The notes under the pieces: generated by a model
What the model was told of the DNA's origin: nothing
What the model saw: only the letters and a program-made list of their open reading frames with translations
Database searches by the model: none
DNA from: Stylophora pistillata
Taxonomy: Eukaryota
Assembly (NCBI RefSeq): GCF_002571385.2
Contig: NW_019218459.1
Span: forward strand, 76,641-140,640
DNA length: 64,000 nucleotides
Reading direction: 5' to 3'
Translations under genes and position numbers: made by a program
Shown: positions 13,501 to 25,792 of the stretch, piece after piece
Position numbering within the stretch: position 1 is the stretch's first letter
Layout of the letters: the number at the start of each line of letters is the position of its first letter

Positions 13501-16500
13501 CTGTGGAGAAGGAAACTGCATGTTCCACGCACTATCCAGACAGCTGAAAATTAAAAAGGATATCCAAATCTCTCATGGTGATTTGAGGGGAAAAATTGTC
13601 GAGTACCTTGAAAACCATCGTGAACTGGTAAGGGAAACTATTCAAAGATGATTTGGGATTTGAAAAAAAAATTATAATTTTCTGCACCTCAAAACCTCAA
13701 AATGGCTCTTTGGCTGACAAAAGAGTATTTAACTCCTTTTGCATGTTGGCTTGAATGGTGCCTTTTAAAAGAGATACGTTTTTTCCTTAGGTTGAAGCCG
13801 TAAAGAATATTCAGTAAGCAGTGAGTTCGCTCCTTAAAAAGAGCCTCCGTCTCCTATAACCCCCACCCCTTTTCCCCTTCGTCAGAAATGTTAAAAAAAC
13901 GTACAGTCCAACCAGTATTTAGTGGCACTGTAATAACGGTCACCCTGTATTAAGCGGTCGGTTGTCAAAGTTCCGAATTCGTTTCTCCTTAATCACTGTA
14001 ATTTTCACCTCTATTAAACACGAAGGCGCGCTATAAAAGGAGAGGTCCCTTAGGTGCCTGGTAGACGAACAAAAGGAGCTAATGAGATGTTTACTCCCAC
14101 CAGCATAGTGGCAATGATGTAAAGTGCGAACCACGTACTTCAATTTCAAATTTACCGCAACAAATAAAGACAGCTTCCATTGGAGAAAGGAAATACAAAT
14201 CTCAAAAATTCTTGTATTGTGATGAAGACATAAAACAATTTTGAGGAATGCGCCCGCTGTTCACCGGCTTTGGATTAGCTATAGCTCAAGCTGACTTGAC
14301 TCTTAGAGTTCTACATCACACGACGGTTGATTGACAAATGGTCCAGAGGTAACTAAGGCACCTCTCCTTTTATAGCGCGCCTTCGTGTTTAAGCGGTCTC
14401 TTCCATTGAACGATGATGGTCACACTTTACTTAAATCAGCGACCTAGTTATATTGTCCTCCACTTGTATTGAACGGTCACTTGAAGCAGAATCACCCACT
14501 TAAAGCTAATAATAATCTTTCAAGTCCTTTTATTCCTTGTTTCTTTCCCAAAATCAAAGCAAGAAGTGTTTTTGAGCGAGATTCTGCATATCAAGTGGTC
14601 AATTATGGCATAAAGTGGCGTTGTGTATCGTTTTCCTCTATCACCCATAATCTGTGGAACTTGTATTAAGCGGTCACTCCGCCTTTCCCCGTGGGTGCCG
14701 CTTAATACAGCTTCGACTGTAGCTGCAGAGAAAAACCTCAAACATTTTTTTACATTTTGAAATTATAAATTGTCAATATTTTTGTCTTTTTAGCCCAAAG
14801 TTGGTGATCTTTTTTCATTCACTTATGGCTATGAATCATGGCTCAAATTTTTAAAAGACATGGCAAAAGACGGCACTTGGGGAAACCATGTGGTACTCGT
14901 GGCCGCTGCAAACAAATATGAAATTCCAATTCGTGTGGTCAGCAGTGCGACAGATCGTCAAGATATTATAGTCGAACCCAGTTCCCCATTTAACCAAGAC
15001 ATTGAGCCGCTGGTGCTGGGACATGTTTTTGAGTATCACTATGTCAGCCTTGAACAAGAATTCACGTCAGGTAAAACATATCACACTGCTATTATTGTAC
15101 AGACTTACCATGTAAAAACTGATTGGTTGAGAGCATTCAATCAATTTACAATAACGTGTGAAGTTGACATGATAACCTTTAAGGTTCGAGGTCTGCCTAG
15201 TTTTCAAGCCCCTCGTCCGTGTAGTGCGCTCAAACTTTTGCAAACTCAGAGAAAAGTGTCTTCTTTTGCAGATTGATTTAAAAATGTACGATAAAACTGT
15301 ATGGTGTCATGAACTATCAAACCTCGTGTCGGTGTTATCTGCCTCAGCCTTCGGCTTCTGCAAATAACTCCGACCTCGATTTTGACAACTCATGATGTCA
15401 TGCGCAACCTCTTCTAATAATTGCTTATGGACCTCTCTATGGGACTGCCATGAAGCTTTGCGCGACCGTAAAAGAACCGCTTGATTGTGTCTCATATACG
15501 CGTTTCTTGTGTAGCCCAATTTTAATTTTCAGGTCGTCGTGGCACACATCATGTTAGTCCGAATTAGGGGGAGGTGGGGAGGACTCTTCCGTGGTCTAAA
15601 TATCGTAACGAGGCAGCTTTACAGTCCATGATGGAAAAAAATAGTCTCTCGAAAGATCCCGTTGTGAGACCGGAAATACCAATAGCTTTGCTTGACCTCT
15701 ATCCTCCCTTCGAAACTGGTAAAGTTGTGTAATTTTGGGGAAAGCGGGGCATCCTTTGTGACAGGAAAGGCACGTTACAAATACCTGATTGTGTTCCACT
15801 TGACGGCGCGCATTAACAAACATATTGGACAAGAAGAGCCACCTAGTGGAATGTCCATCGCGAAATTATGTATCTATTCATTTATTTATTTATTTATTTG
15901 CAAAAACGGTTTGTGAACTTAATATGTCACCCTGAAGGAATCGATAATCCCAAATGATTAGGGACAAGATTCAGTTGAATTTGCCGCTCATTTCTGGGGA
16001 TCCTGTACGAAATAGTCAACTAATTTATCGCTGTTTGTGTAAAAATTCCAGGAGGAAACTGCCAAACGTCAAGTGACAACCGACTGCTTTCAAAACATTT
16101 GGAGTATGGACAGCCTCCGTTCAGTGCAACATACCAACAACATCAGCAGCGCTATCCGCAAGGGCCGGCCTTAAATCAACCAGAGGACACTTGTGGATCA
16201 CTAGGATCCTTTCAATCACAGAGTTACTATCCATCAAACAGATCCTTTATTTCATCAGTATTGCAGGGCCAGGTGCTCTGTCAGAAATCGCAGTCAAAAG
16301 GAGAGCTCCTCTCTGAGAAGGAAAGAATTGAGATAAAAGTGACGGAGCTGCCGGTTGAAGTGTACCGCAAGATTTGTATGAAGCTGAGCGTCAAACGGAA
16401 TATAACGTTTGACGATTTTCGTATGGTGGCTGAAATGCTTGGCTTGGATAGGGACACTATGGAATTCATAGGTCAACAAAGTAACCCAGCTGAAGTTATG

Positions 16501-16620
16501 TTCTCCCAATTCGGACGAAATTTGATGGTATTTCAACTGATCAAAATTCTTCAGGACATCGAGCGATTTGATGTTGCTGCTGTTTTGGATGAGTGGGTCA
16601 AAAAAGGAAAGGTCAAGTAG
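8500..16620 (+). CDS. OTU-family deubiquitinase with C-terminal Death domain. Exons: 8500-9349, 13359-13627 (duplicate at 11738-12006), 14794-15070, 16052-16620
   Basis: OTU Cys box GEGNCMFHALSRQL...LRGKIVEYL, the MAKDGTWGNHVVLVAAA motif and His box LGHVFEYHYVSL. The last exon has a DD (VYRKICMKLS...DFRMVAEMLGL...LIKILQDIERFDVAAVLDEW). Splice phases 1/0/1 are consistent with GT-AG. The link to exon 8500-9349 crosses N gaps, so extra exons are possible. Confidence 0.8.
10458..10518 (+). repeat. (TTA)n microsatellite next to N 10455
   Basis: About 20 units seen directly. Confidence 0.95.
10740..11420 (-). mobile_element. Degenerate L2/CR1-type LINE 3' fragment
   Basis: RT C-terminal motifs DHIKPALQKLHWLPVESRIMFK and YGERAFSFCAPTLWNTLP, with frameshifts. 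Confidence 0.8.
10962..13968. repeat. ~1.4-kb duplication (10962-12347 vs ~12578-13968) containing the OTU Cys-box exon, with N at 12348
   Basis: ORFs 11752 and 13373 are identical; flanks differ by SNPs and small indels; the first copy ends at the N. Confidence 0.8.
12349..13050. mobile_element. L2/CR1 LINE fragments in opposite orientations (plus 12349-12560, minus 12578-13050)
   Basis: Plus strand FYHLRNISYIRKYL..SKLDYCN..LQHVQNAAARLVT; the minus part duplicates the 10962+ fragment. Confidence 0.7.
13904..14719. mobile_element. Tc1/mariner (pogo-like) MITE with TA TSD
   Basis: TA|CAGTCCAACCAGTATT...AATACAGCTTCGACTG|TA; internal repeats of TATTAAGCGGTC. Confidence 0.7.
14018..14388. mobile_element. 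Younger MITE nested in the pogo-like MITE, flanked by TTAA
   Basis: Near-perfect ~35-bp TIR ACACGAAGGCGCGCTATAAAAGGAGAGGT...; removing it restores the host motif CTATTAAGCGGTC. Confidence 0.8.
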
Positions 16621-17296
16621 TCCTAAGGCCTGATTAACATCAGAATTTTTATCCTGTAGATTATAAGAGTTTTTTTTTTTCGCTACAAAGATGTAACAGA
16701 AAGACGTTAACCAAACAAGATCTAAACCGATCCCTTAGAGGTCTTTGTGGAGAGTGAACTGAGCGAAAACGAAATGTATCAAAAGTGAAATAATACCCAA
16801 TGGTAAATCTGTCGATGAAAGTGACGTCAAATACTCATGAACGCGTTTTGAAGATTATCTCTCGGACTGAAAATCAGAAGAAGCACTGAAGAAACTCAAA
16901 GCACCTCTGGTGTCAGGTCTGCATGGTTATCGAACCCTGGCCACACCACAACCCTGGCCACACCACACTGTTGTGCCTCCAAAAACGAACTCCAAGGGAG
17001 GGATTAAGGAAGACAAGAGGCTATATTTTTTTCGTTGTCTCCTTTCTTTTCCTCTTTATCTTTGAACCACAGGCAACGAGCCGTACGTAGGAAATGGGCC
17101 TTACAATGCAAATAGTGTTGTCTGAAGGACTCTTTGGACGTAGTACGGTTTCCTGAATGGTGTATTTACATTCGTGCTTGACTAGGATTTTTCTTAATTA
17201 GTATTGCTTGGCAGAATCACAAGTGAGGTTGTTCATTTTATAAAATGAATCGTATGGTCATTGGACGTTGTACGCTTTGATGTGTTAAGTATTCTC

Positions 17297-17543
17297 CAGG
17301 CGCGTAGCGTCCTCTACGCATATACGCACGTGCGTACTTGAAGTGACCAGAAAAATTTGAAAACAATGTTGTGTTTGCGCCAAGTTTGCTCAAATTAAGG
17401 GCAAGACGCTTTGTTCTTTGCTTGTATTCACACAACTGTTTCAAACAAGAAGTAAAGAACGCAGTATATTCGCTCAGTTTACTTAGGTTTCTAGATCATA
17501 TGTACTTGTGCGTACTTGAAAAAATGACCACGCTACGCGCCTG
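17297..17543. mobile_element. Small MITE with 14-bp TIR CAGGCGCGTAGCGT
   Basis: Perfect inverted termini; no clear TSD. Confidence 0.55.
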
Positions 17544-18971
17544 TTTTCCTGATACCAAACAGTTCAGGCGGGGTTCTTAACGATTTGTATATCTTGGAAA
17601 AGAGGTACCAGAAATATTTCAAGTTTGTCATATCCAACCCGTGTCAATTTTGTCATCCTTGTTCTTGATTGTTCTTTTTCAGTTTTTGCTTACCTCTTTA
17701 GTGTTTGTCTACGGTAGTTAAAGGTTATCATAAGGTTTCGTCCAATTTTAAGGAAATGTTTTTATTATCGAATTTAAAACTGAGTCAAAATAATTGCGTG
17801 GTAGACGGCTTGACAGACTACTTTCGGGTTTTTGGTTTTTCACGCAGGCTAATATAGATGTAGCTCCTCTTTTAAAGGGATCTACCAAGGTTTTTGCATT
17901 AACTACGTACTTGCTGAGTGTTTTTCTGTTGTTGTTGTTGTTGTTGTTGTTGTTATTTTATTTAAACGTTAAGTGGCGCACTGGAGGACTGATCATTGCT
18001 AAATTAAGTCAATATGTGAAATGGTCATGTGTCTACGTAGAGGTCGTGAAAATCCCTTTTCCGCCCCCTCCCTCCCCTCTCCATCTTTCATCCCTTCCCT
18101 CCCCCCCTCCCCATCCTCCCCTCCCTTATTGAATCGTGTTACAGCCGATCAGCAGCCCGCATGGGAAGATTGTCGTGGACGGTTAAGAATTGTGAATTAG
18201 CAAACACATTCAAGTGAAGAGGGCGAAAGAGTAGTTGTAGACTTAAAACGTAAAAAGATAACTTAGCCAAGCTAAGTATTAGGTGTTAGAGAGACAAAAA
18301 TGTCTAGATGAAGTGTAGAATACTAAACTGGTAATTAGGGACGGAATGATTTTGTGATTAAATTATCAATTCATTGTTAAACAGCTTGGTTCATCATTGT
18401 TTGACTTGGTTATTAATAATTGCTTCATTTTTTAACTTAAAAATTTACAAAATACTTTATTTCTTTATTCAGTTTCAAAATCTCGAGCTTATTATTTCGA
18501 TTTAAAACCACAACCTCACTTTCTTTATGGTTGTAGGTTTTCATCGTCTCACGAGATTATTTTCCCTGTCTTGAAAAGCGCCAGCCTAGATTTAACCAAC
18601 TGGTATGATGGTAACGACAGCGGAGATGTACAATTTCTTCCTGAGCCTTTTATGTACGCATTTACTTCATATCTGAATTTCAACCCTCTAAGTTTTCATT
18701 TCTTTAAATTCAATCCCGAATCTCTTCCAACACGACAAAATTCTATTCTGAATTTATAGTTTCACTGTAGACTCATGCCCATAGTCCGCGGACCTCGCGA
18801 AAGTTTCTTCTACCAACGTCTGCATTTTTGCCTAATTGAATGAATACTCGTTATTGTGGTCTCAGTAATTTGGTGAGGGTACGAGCATTAAAACCGTTAT
18901 TGGCTTCGTTAATCGCGGCTGCTGTTTCAAGAATGATGCGAGCGACAAGGTGAAGGGGATCATGCGATGTC

Positions 18972-18979
18972 TTTCGCGC
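18972..18979 (+). promoter_or_regulatory. E2F consensus TTTCGCGC upstream of BUB3
   Basis: Exact consensus ~100 bp before the ATG of a cell-cycle gene. Confidence 0.4.
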
Positions 18980-19074
18980 AATTTTTTTTTTGAGGGATTG
19001 CGAGTCATTCTTCGCAGAAAATGAACTGCCCACAATGCATTGTGGTTACTTAGAAAGCGCGCACATTTTCCAAA

Positions 19075-22000
19075 ATGGCCGACGCACCCAACGAATTTCA
19101 ACTGGAACAACCACCTTCTGATGGAATTTCGTCCGTCAAATTCAGCCCTAATCCAGCTTCGTTTTTAGTGGTGTCATCATGGGATACAGTAAGGATCTCT
19201 CCCTTTGAATTAGCGACTTAAACGTTAAATTTCCGTGTTTCAGAATAGCGACTTCTTCCCGACATAAACCTTTTTAATTTTGAATTGATTGTTAAAGTTT
19301 CGTGCGACTTTGTTTCAGTCTGTTATCTACTTTAATTCTTCTACCATACTTCCAACAGACAGTCAGACTTTATGATGTCCACAACAACAACATGCGTCTT
19401 AAATATAATCACCCAAACGCGGTGCTAGACTGTTGTTTCCAAGATAGTGTGCATACTTACAGTGGAGGACTTGACAATACTCTGAAAGTGTAAGTAGTAA
19501 GCAGGGATCCGCAAGTTGTTTAACACAAAATAGCAAAACTTTTCCCTCTTGCTGGTCTCAAACAATTGTGTATGTTAAGTACAATTTGTGATATAGAAGG
19601 CCATAGGAGAATGTTAAAGAGCCACAGCACCTTGGTAAATAACATTGTGGCCTTAATTTTTACTACAGATGACCAATTTAGCTCCTACATCACCTTTATA
19701 TTTGAGGGAATATTGCTGCATTCTTTCTCATATTTTGATGACTGATCAAAATGAGCATTATAAAACTGGCCTGAAATAGATAAAAAGCAACATTATGTTT
19801 GCACAGTACAACTTGTCTTACCTACCTTATACTACATGTGAGTTGTGTTTGCACTATATCTGTAAACATGAAAATAGGAATAAAGTTTGTTTGCAGTTGT
19901 TTTCAGAAATTCAGCTTAAATCATTTTCAAATTTTTGTATTGTTTGTTTCTCTAGTGTTGATTTAAACACTTCAGCTGAACAAGTTGTAGGAATGCATGA
20001 TGATGCAATTAAATGCGTGGAACACTGCTCAACTCCTGGTATGGTAACATAAACTTTCCAAATTAAACAGGGTGTGATTAATAGTTAAGCATGATAATTT
20101 GAAGAGGTTCCTTTTCAAGATGTACCTAAATTACGGAAAAAAGTTACTCTTTACTTGGAACACTAGAAACTGAGTGTTTTTAATGCAGTCTTAAAGAACA
20201 ATGACAACCAAAAGTGATGGGGGTGATAAATTTTTTTTTTATCTGATTTTTATATAGCTGGTGTTCACACCTTGAGCATGTTTCTCTGATTTGAGCAACA
20301 GACAAAGATCCAGAGTCGGGCTTTAATGCAGTCATTTAGGAATATTTGTTCACTTCAAGGTTTAATTGCAACTGGTAGCTGGGACAAGTTTGTGAAACTT
20401 TGGGACCCAAGAACAAATCAGTGCACTGGATCATATGAACAACCAGAAAAGGTTTGTAACTGCAATCCTTCAGTACTAAGATGTCCATTATGGTTTGGTT
20501 TGGATTCCTTGAATGCTTTGATAAAAGTCCCTTAACATTAGTGCTACTGGAAGTTTTGACATTTTATTTAGTATTTGAATGTTATTAAAATGTGGAATCC
20601 AAGACATTGTCAGTGTCACAATGTATCGATTGACATAATTAACCATCTAACTCCATGTGGTGATGAACAGGTAGCTTCTCTCTTCCATATCACTTCATTC
20701 TTCAGCAAACAGGTAATGTGGATACTCAAACATTCCAGGTTAAAGTTGCTATCTCAATCTAACAATGAATTCTTGAGACTGATTTATAAGGAAATGTGTA
20801 GCAGCTGAAGTGGAGAATTAAAAATCAGATCATTGTAATTAAAGGGTTAACATATTCCTCAAGTATTAGTTTAAGGGGACATCCATTGGATTCTGACTGG
20901 CGTCTACCTTCAGGAGGGTGTGTATGTTCAAAGATTTCCTCGGACTGAATGTTGTTGTGGTTGTCTTAGGTTTACACAATGGCTTCATCTGACGAGCGTC
21001 TTGTCGTTGGCACAGTGAGTACTTTGAGACTGAAATTTTTTACTTTCCATCTGACCTGAGTGTAACATTAAATCTTACAATTATAGAATCATTGGTGAGC
21101 TTTAACAAGGAAGTTCATTTTCAGTTTATCTTGCTATCTTTTAGGCTGGAAGGCGAGTTATGGTATGGGATCTTAGGAACATGGTAAGACCAAAATAATT
21201 ATTTTCTTTAGGTGCTAATGGTGTTTTGTATAAAAAGTCGATGCTAATAGATACCTGTTCACGGAAATGTCTCTAAAAATATGGATTTCTGTAGTTACCA
21301 CATTTTTTCACCTGGGTCTTTTTTTATGGAACATAGCTCTGGTCAGTGTGACTTAATATCATTTTTTAAAATATGTGTATGTATAGCTCCATTCAGGTAA
21401 TTGCAGCAAACAACATAAGTTTGGATTGTGATTCTGGCCAGTTAATTGCACTGGCTGAGTTTCATTAAAGAATCAAATCAATAAATTAATAACTTGTACT
21501 TACTACTGATGTACATTTTTCAAAGACATATGTACAACAAAGAAGGGAATCTAGTCTAAAGTATCAAACAAGATGTATCCGCACTTTCCCAAACAAGCAA
21601 GGTAAATTTGCAACTTTATGTTAGACTGGTTTATTTGGTAATTTGGTTTTATCAATTTGCTTTCATGCACATGTGTGCAGGCAACCTTGCCTGTCGATAC
21701 TTAAGTTGTTTAAGCTGTGGAGTGTGGTTTTAATGTGCTTTGAGTGTGTAAGGCTAGTCTACCTAACAAGCCCTATCTCATAAACTTGTAATGAAAGCCT
21801 TGCATGTGAATATATATCCTATATTAACCTCTAAACTCCCAGAGGTGATTAACATGTAACTTATGCCTGTAATAATCATTCATTATCCAGCAAACAGGTA
21901 ATAAGGATACTCAGAGTTATCAGTTAGAATTTGTCATCTTGATCTAACACTAAATTGTTGTTGCTAATTAACAAGGACATGTGTTGCAGCTAGAGGGGAG

Positions 22001-24990
22001 AATTAACAATCAGATCTTGGGAGTTAAGAGGTTCAGTTTTTTCTTTCTTTGTTTGTTTGTTTATGTTTGTCCAGTCATAGAAAGGAAATGACATCCCATA
22101 TCAACAATCAACAGCCCTGGACAGGCTTAATTTTATCAGGAAGTGTTGTGTTGGGGTGATGAACTATTAATAAGGAAAACAATGAGACAGAAAAAAATTC
22201 ATACAGTTTAGACCAACAAAGACTTACCGGTCTGACAGTGACAATCCCTTTTGCGCAGAAAGTTACATATATCTTCACATTGTGTTGTTAGTACAACATT
22301 CGATGACCTTTGATATCACAGGGTATGTGTTGAGCTCCATTGAGGGCAGAGTAGCTGTGGAATACTTTGACCCAAGCCCAGACGTTCAGAAAAAGAAATA
22401 TGCCTTTAAGTGCCACCGCATCAAAGAAGAAGGAATGGAAAATATATATCCTGTTAATGCTATATCATTCCATAATGTGTGAGTATCATATGTCTCTTCC
22501 ATGATCAATCTGAGGACATCTTTGATAATTGAAAACTTGCCGTACATTATCGAGCCCTTCATCTCTGTATGGTCTTGTGCAAGTCTTCCACTCTCAGAGG
22601 AAAGAGTTTAGAAACATTTGAATACATCTTTAAAAAGGCATGGAACCTGTAACATGCAACCTGTGGGTTGTTTCACAATGCGCTTCCCGCATACTTATCT
22701 ATTGAGTTAGAACAGCTACAGAAACACGCCATGCAAATTATTTTTCCATTTGTTCCATACAGCAATGCATTAAATCAAGCCAACTTGGCGACGCTCTCCC
22801 AACACAGGCAGTCTATCACAACTAAGCTTTTTGATTCCATCACTTGTAACTCACTATAGATTGTATAAGCTTTTGCCTCATAACAACTGTGAACTCAATT
22901 TGAGACGAAAGAGGAAATTTAACGTTCCTCTGGCTTAGATGAAGAGACTCGTGAACACATTTAATTTGTGTATAATTATTTTTCTTATATTTTTTCATAC
23001 TTTTATTAGATTTTCCTATTGTAATGATTGATGTAATCCAGCTTTTGGCTGCGATTTTAATCAGAATAAACTATCTATTCCTATTCTTATTCCTAATTAA
23101 CCTGAGGTGATTTTCCCGTTGTACACTTACAAAACTGTGATATAATTATTGCTCTCTTTTTTATTTCACTTCTTTTAAACTTTCTGTCCTAAAACCCTTT
23201 TTGGTCTGTGTTGTATTTTTATATTTGTCTCAGTGATGTTTCTCTTACATTCAAGGTTCCCTACTAGACCTGGCCTAGATGTCCAAAGGGCAGATAATGC
23301 AATTGAACAGATAAATCCCTATCCAGTGGATAAGTGTTAACAAAACACACTGCATTATATACTGGATGGTGATTTATCCAGGGAATAGTGTTAAGCACCC
23401 TTTGAACAACCAGGGCCTTATGAGTAAATTAATGTGTATTTTACCACTCCAATCATTTCAGACACAACACATTTGCTACAGGTGGTTCCGATGGTTTTGT
23501 AAATATTTGGGATGGCTTCAATAAAAAGCGACTTTGCCAGGTATATCAATGAATATTTTAAAAAAATTACTTCTCTTACCATCAACCTGTGTAGCGGGTA
23601 ATGTACAACAAAATGGTGGAAAAGTACCAAAGCTATCATCTAATTAGAAATCCCATGGCTAGTGTTAAGTTAGAAAAATATTTATATGAAGTGTGCTTTG
23701 GAGAAACCTGTTCTTTGTACTTGCTGATTTGAATGGATGATCTCTGTCTTAATATACCCATCACAGTACTATTTTGGTTGTATCAACTCATTTGATTGAA
23801 CCAACATTACGTTGTTACTCCCACACACATAGCACCACAGATTCTGTAAAAACTTAACTCCCTTTATCAGCCACAAAACAGTCATGATAACTGTTGCCAT
23901 TTAGAACTTGTGTTGATTTCTACCGTACCTAACCAAGCTTATTCCCAAATTTTATTTAGTATACTTTTACCTTCTTCATGTTCATGTTAGTTCAAATTAC
24001 TTTTAATAATAAATAAAAATAATAAACATTTGTACAACTCAAATTCCATGTAAGCATGATCAAATATGCCTTACAGTTTCAAATAAATGTCGTGTCCCAT
24101 GAAAACAACTCAGTGTTGTGACAAATTAAAAAGTAAAGTTTTAGATGATTCTGCAGGGCCTGGTCATTAAGTAAACTCAAACGTTAATCATATCTAATTT
24201 CATTTTCAGTTTCATCGTTATCCAACCAGCATTTCATCATTAAGCTTCAGTAATGATGGCAGCCTGCTGGCCATAGCTGTTTCATACATGTATGAAGAAG
24301 ATGAGAAGGAGTAAGTTTCATCAAATTACCATACATGTAAAGTGCTTCATGATAAACTGCTGAGGGAAATGTTAAAATTTTGAGATAATGGGTGTCTTGA
24401 AAGATTTGACAGTTAGATAATGAAAACACTGATTGAGGGAGTGAGGTTGCATGTGATCCTTTGTTTGGCTGGCATCATATAGTCATCTCACACTTTATTT
24501 TACACACTGAGCAGTGAGCTTGAGTGGAGGGGCAGGGGTTTCATAGTTAGTGCACTAAAGTGGTTCGGGTTCAAGCCCTGGCGGGGGACATTGTGTTGTG
24601 TTCTTAGGCAAGACACTTTACTCATTGACATAGTGCCTCTCTTCACCCAGGAGTAGAAATGGGTACCGGCAAATTTAATGCCTGGGGGTAACCCCACGAT
24701 GGACTTGCATTCCATCGGGGGAGGGGGGGGTAGAAATACTCCTAGTCACTTCATGCAACAGAAACCAGATTTAAGTGCCACCTGATGGGCCACCTGGCTC
24801 ATAAGCAGGCTTTACCTACAGTTAGCTTGGTAGACAATTGAACTTTTTTGTGGCTCTGACAGTTAGAAAGCCTTTTCACAAAGTCACATCAAGCTTCAGT
24901 TGACACAAATGTTTTATATCTCTTACTAGACATCCAGAAGATGCCATTTACATCCGACGAGTTTCCGATGCAGAAACAAAACCAAAGTAA
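19075..24990 (+). CDS. BUB3: Mitotic checkpoint WD40 protein BUB3 (multi-exon)
   Basis: [25 protein letters not shown]..., [52 protein letters not shown] and C-terminal [16 protein letters not shown]. Confidence 0.96.
22640..22950 (+). mobile_element. Degenerate LINE RT C-terminal fragment in a BUB3 intron
   Basis: [26 protein letters not shown] motif typical of L2/CR1-like ends. Confidence 0.6.
24525..24818 (+). mobile_element. tRNA-derived SINE (Nin/Deu-like cnidarian SINE)
   Basis: B-box GGTTCAAGCCC followed by TTGTGTTCTTAGGCAAGACACTTTAC..CACCCAGGAGTAGAAATGGGTACC. Confidence 0.7.
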
Positions 24991-25792
24991 ATCCAGTAAG
25001 AAAAGGATGTTAGGGGGGAAATCAGCAGACTTTGATATCTACTGGCCATTATTCATGGCATGATGGCATCAACTCATTTCAATTTTGGTTGTAAACTCAG
25101 TCATGCCTGAAGGACATTACTGCTTTAATGTACAAAGTATCCTCAACAAGGTTATTGTTATCTTTATTTCACATTCCACCCGCAATGAGACCTCAAGCCC
25201 TTTTATACTCAAAGTCAACAAATTTATTCCCCATAGCTTTGTTTGACCTGTTGAAATACTTGAAGTAACTTTCCAATTATGACCAAATTTTCCTGTGATT
25301 AGATCAAATATGTCAGGGAAATTATTTAGTGCAACAACCTTTTCAGTCTCAAAATTAGAAAGCTACATCTTGTTCTTGGTGACTCGACATTCCTTTGTAC
25401 CTTTGTGACATCTTGAGATAGCTGTCTTTAGCATATGCTTGTATTATTATTATTACATAATAAATAGTATTATTGATGTTTATATGCTCCTTTTCTCATT
25501 TGTTGGCCACTAACAGTCAAGTAGTTTCAGGTAATACTTCTACCGATATTCTTTAAATGGCAGCCACAATCTTGACCTCATTTGCTGAAAAAAGCTGATG
25601 ATCCCTTTGTGTGTTAAGAGAATTTCCACCACATCTCGTTGTCAGTTTCACAACAGTCTTTTAGGGGCTGCAGTTTCACAATGCACTCAACAGTGACTTT
25701 GTATGTGTTTACTCTTTCATACTGACTGTCTGACATTTCCTGCCCAGAAGTTTTGTATTTTAGAACAAATTTTCCTTGTCAATCCTCAGCTG

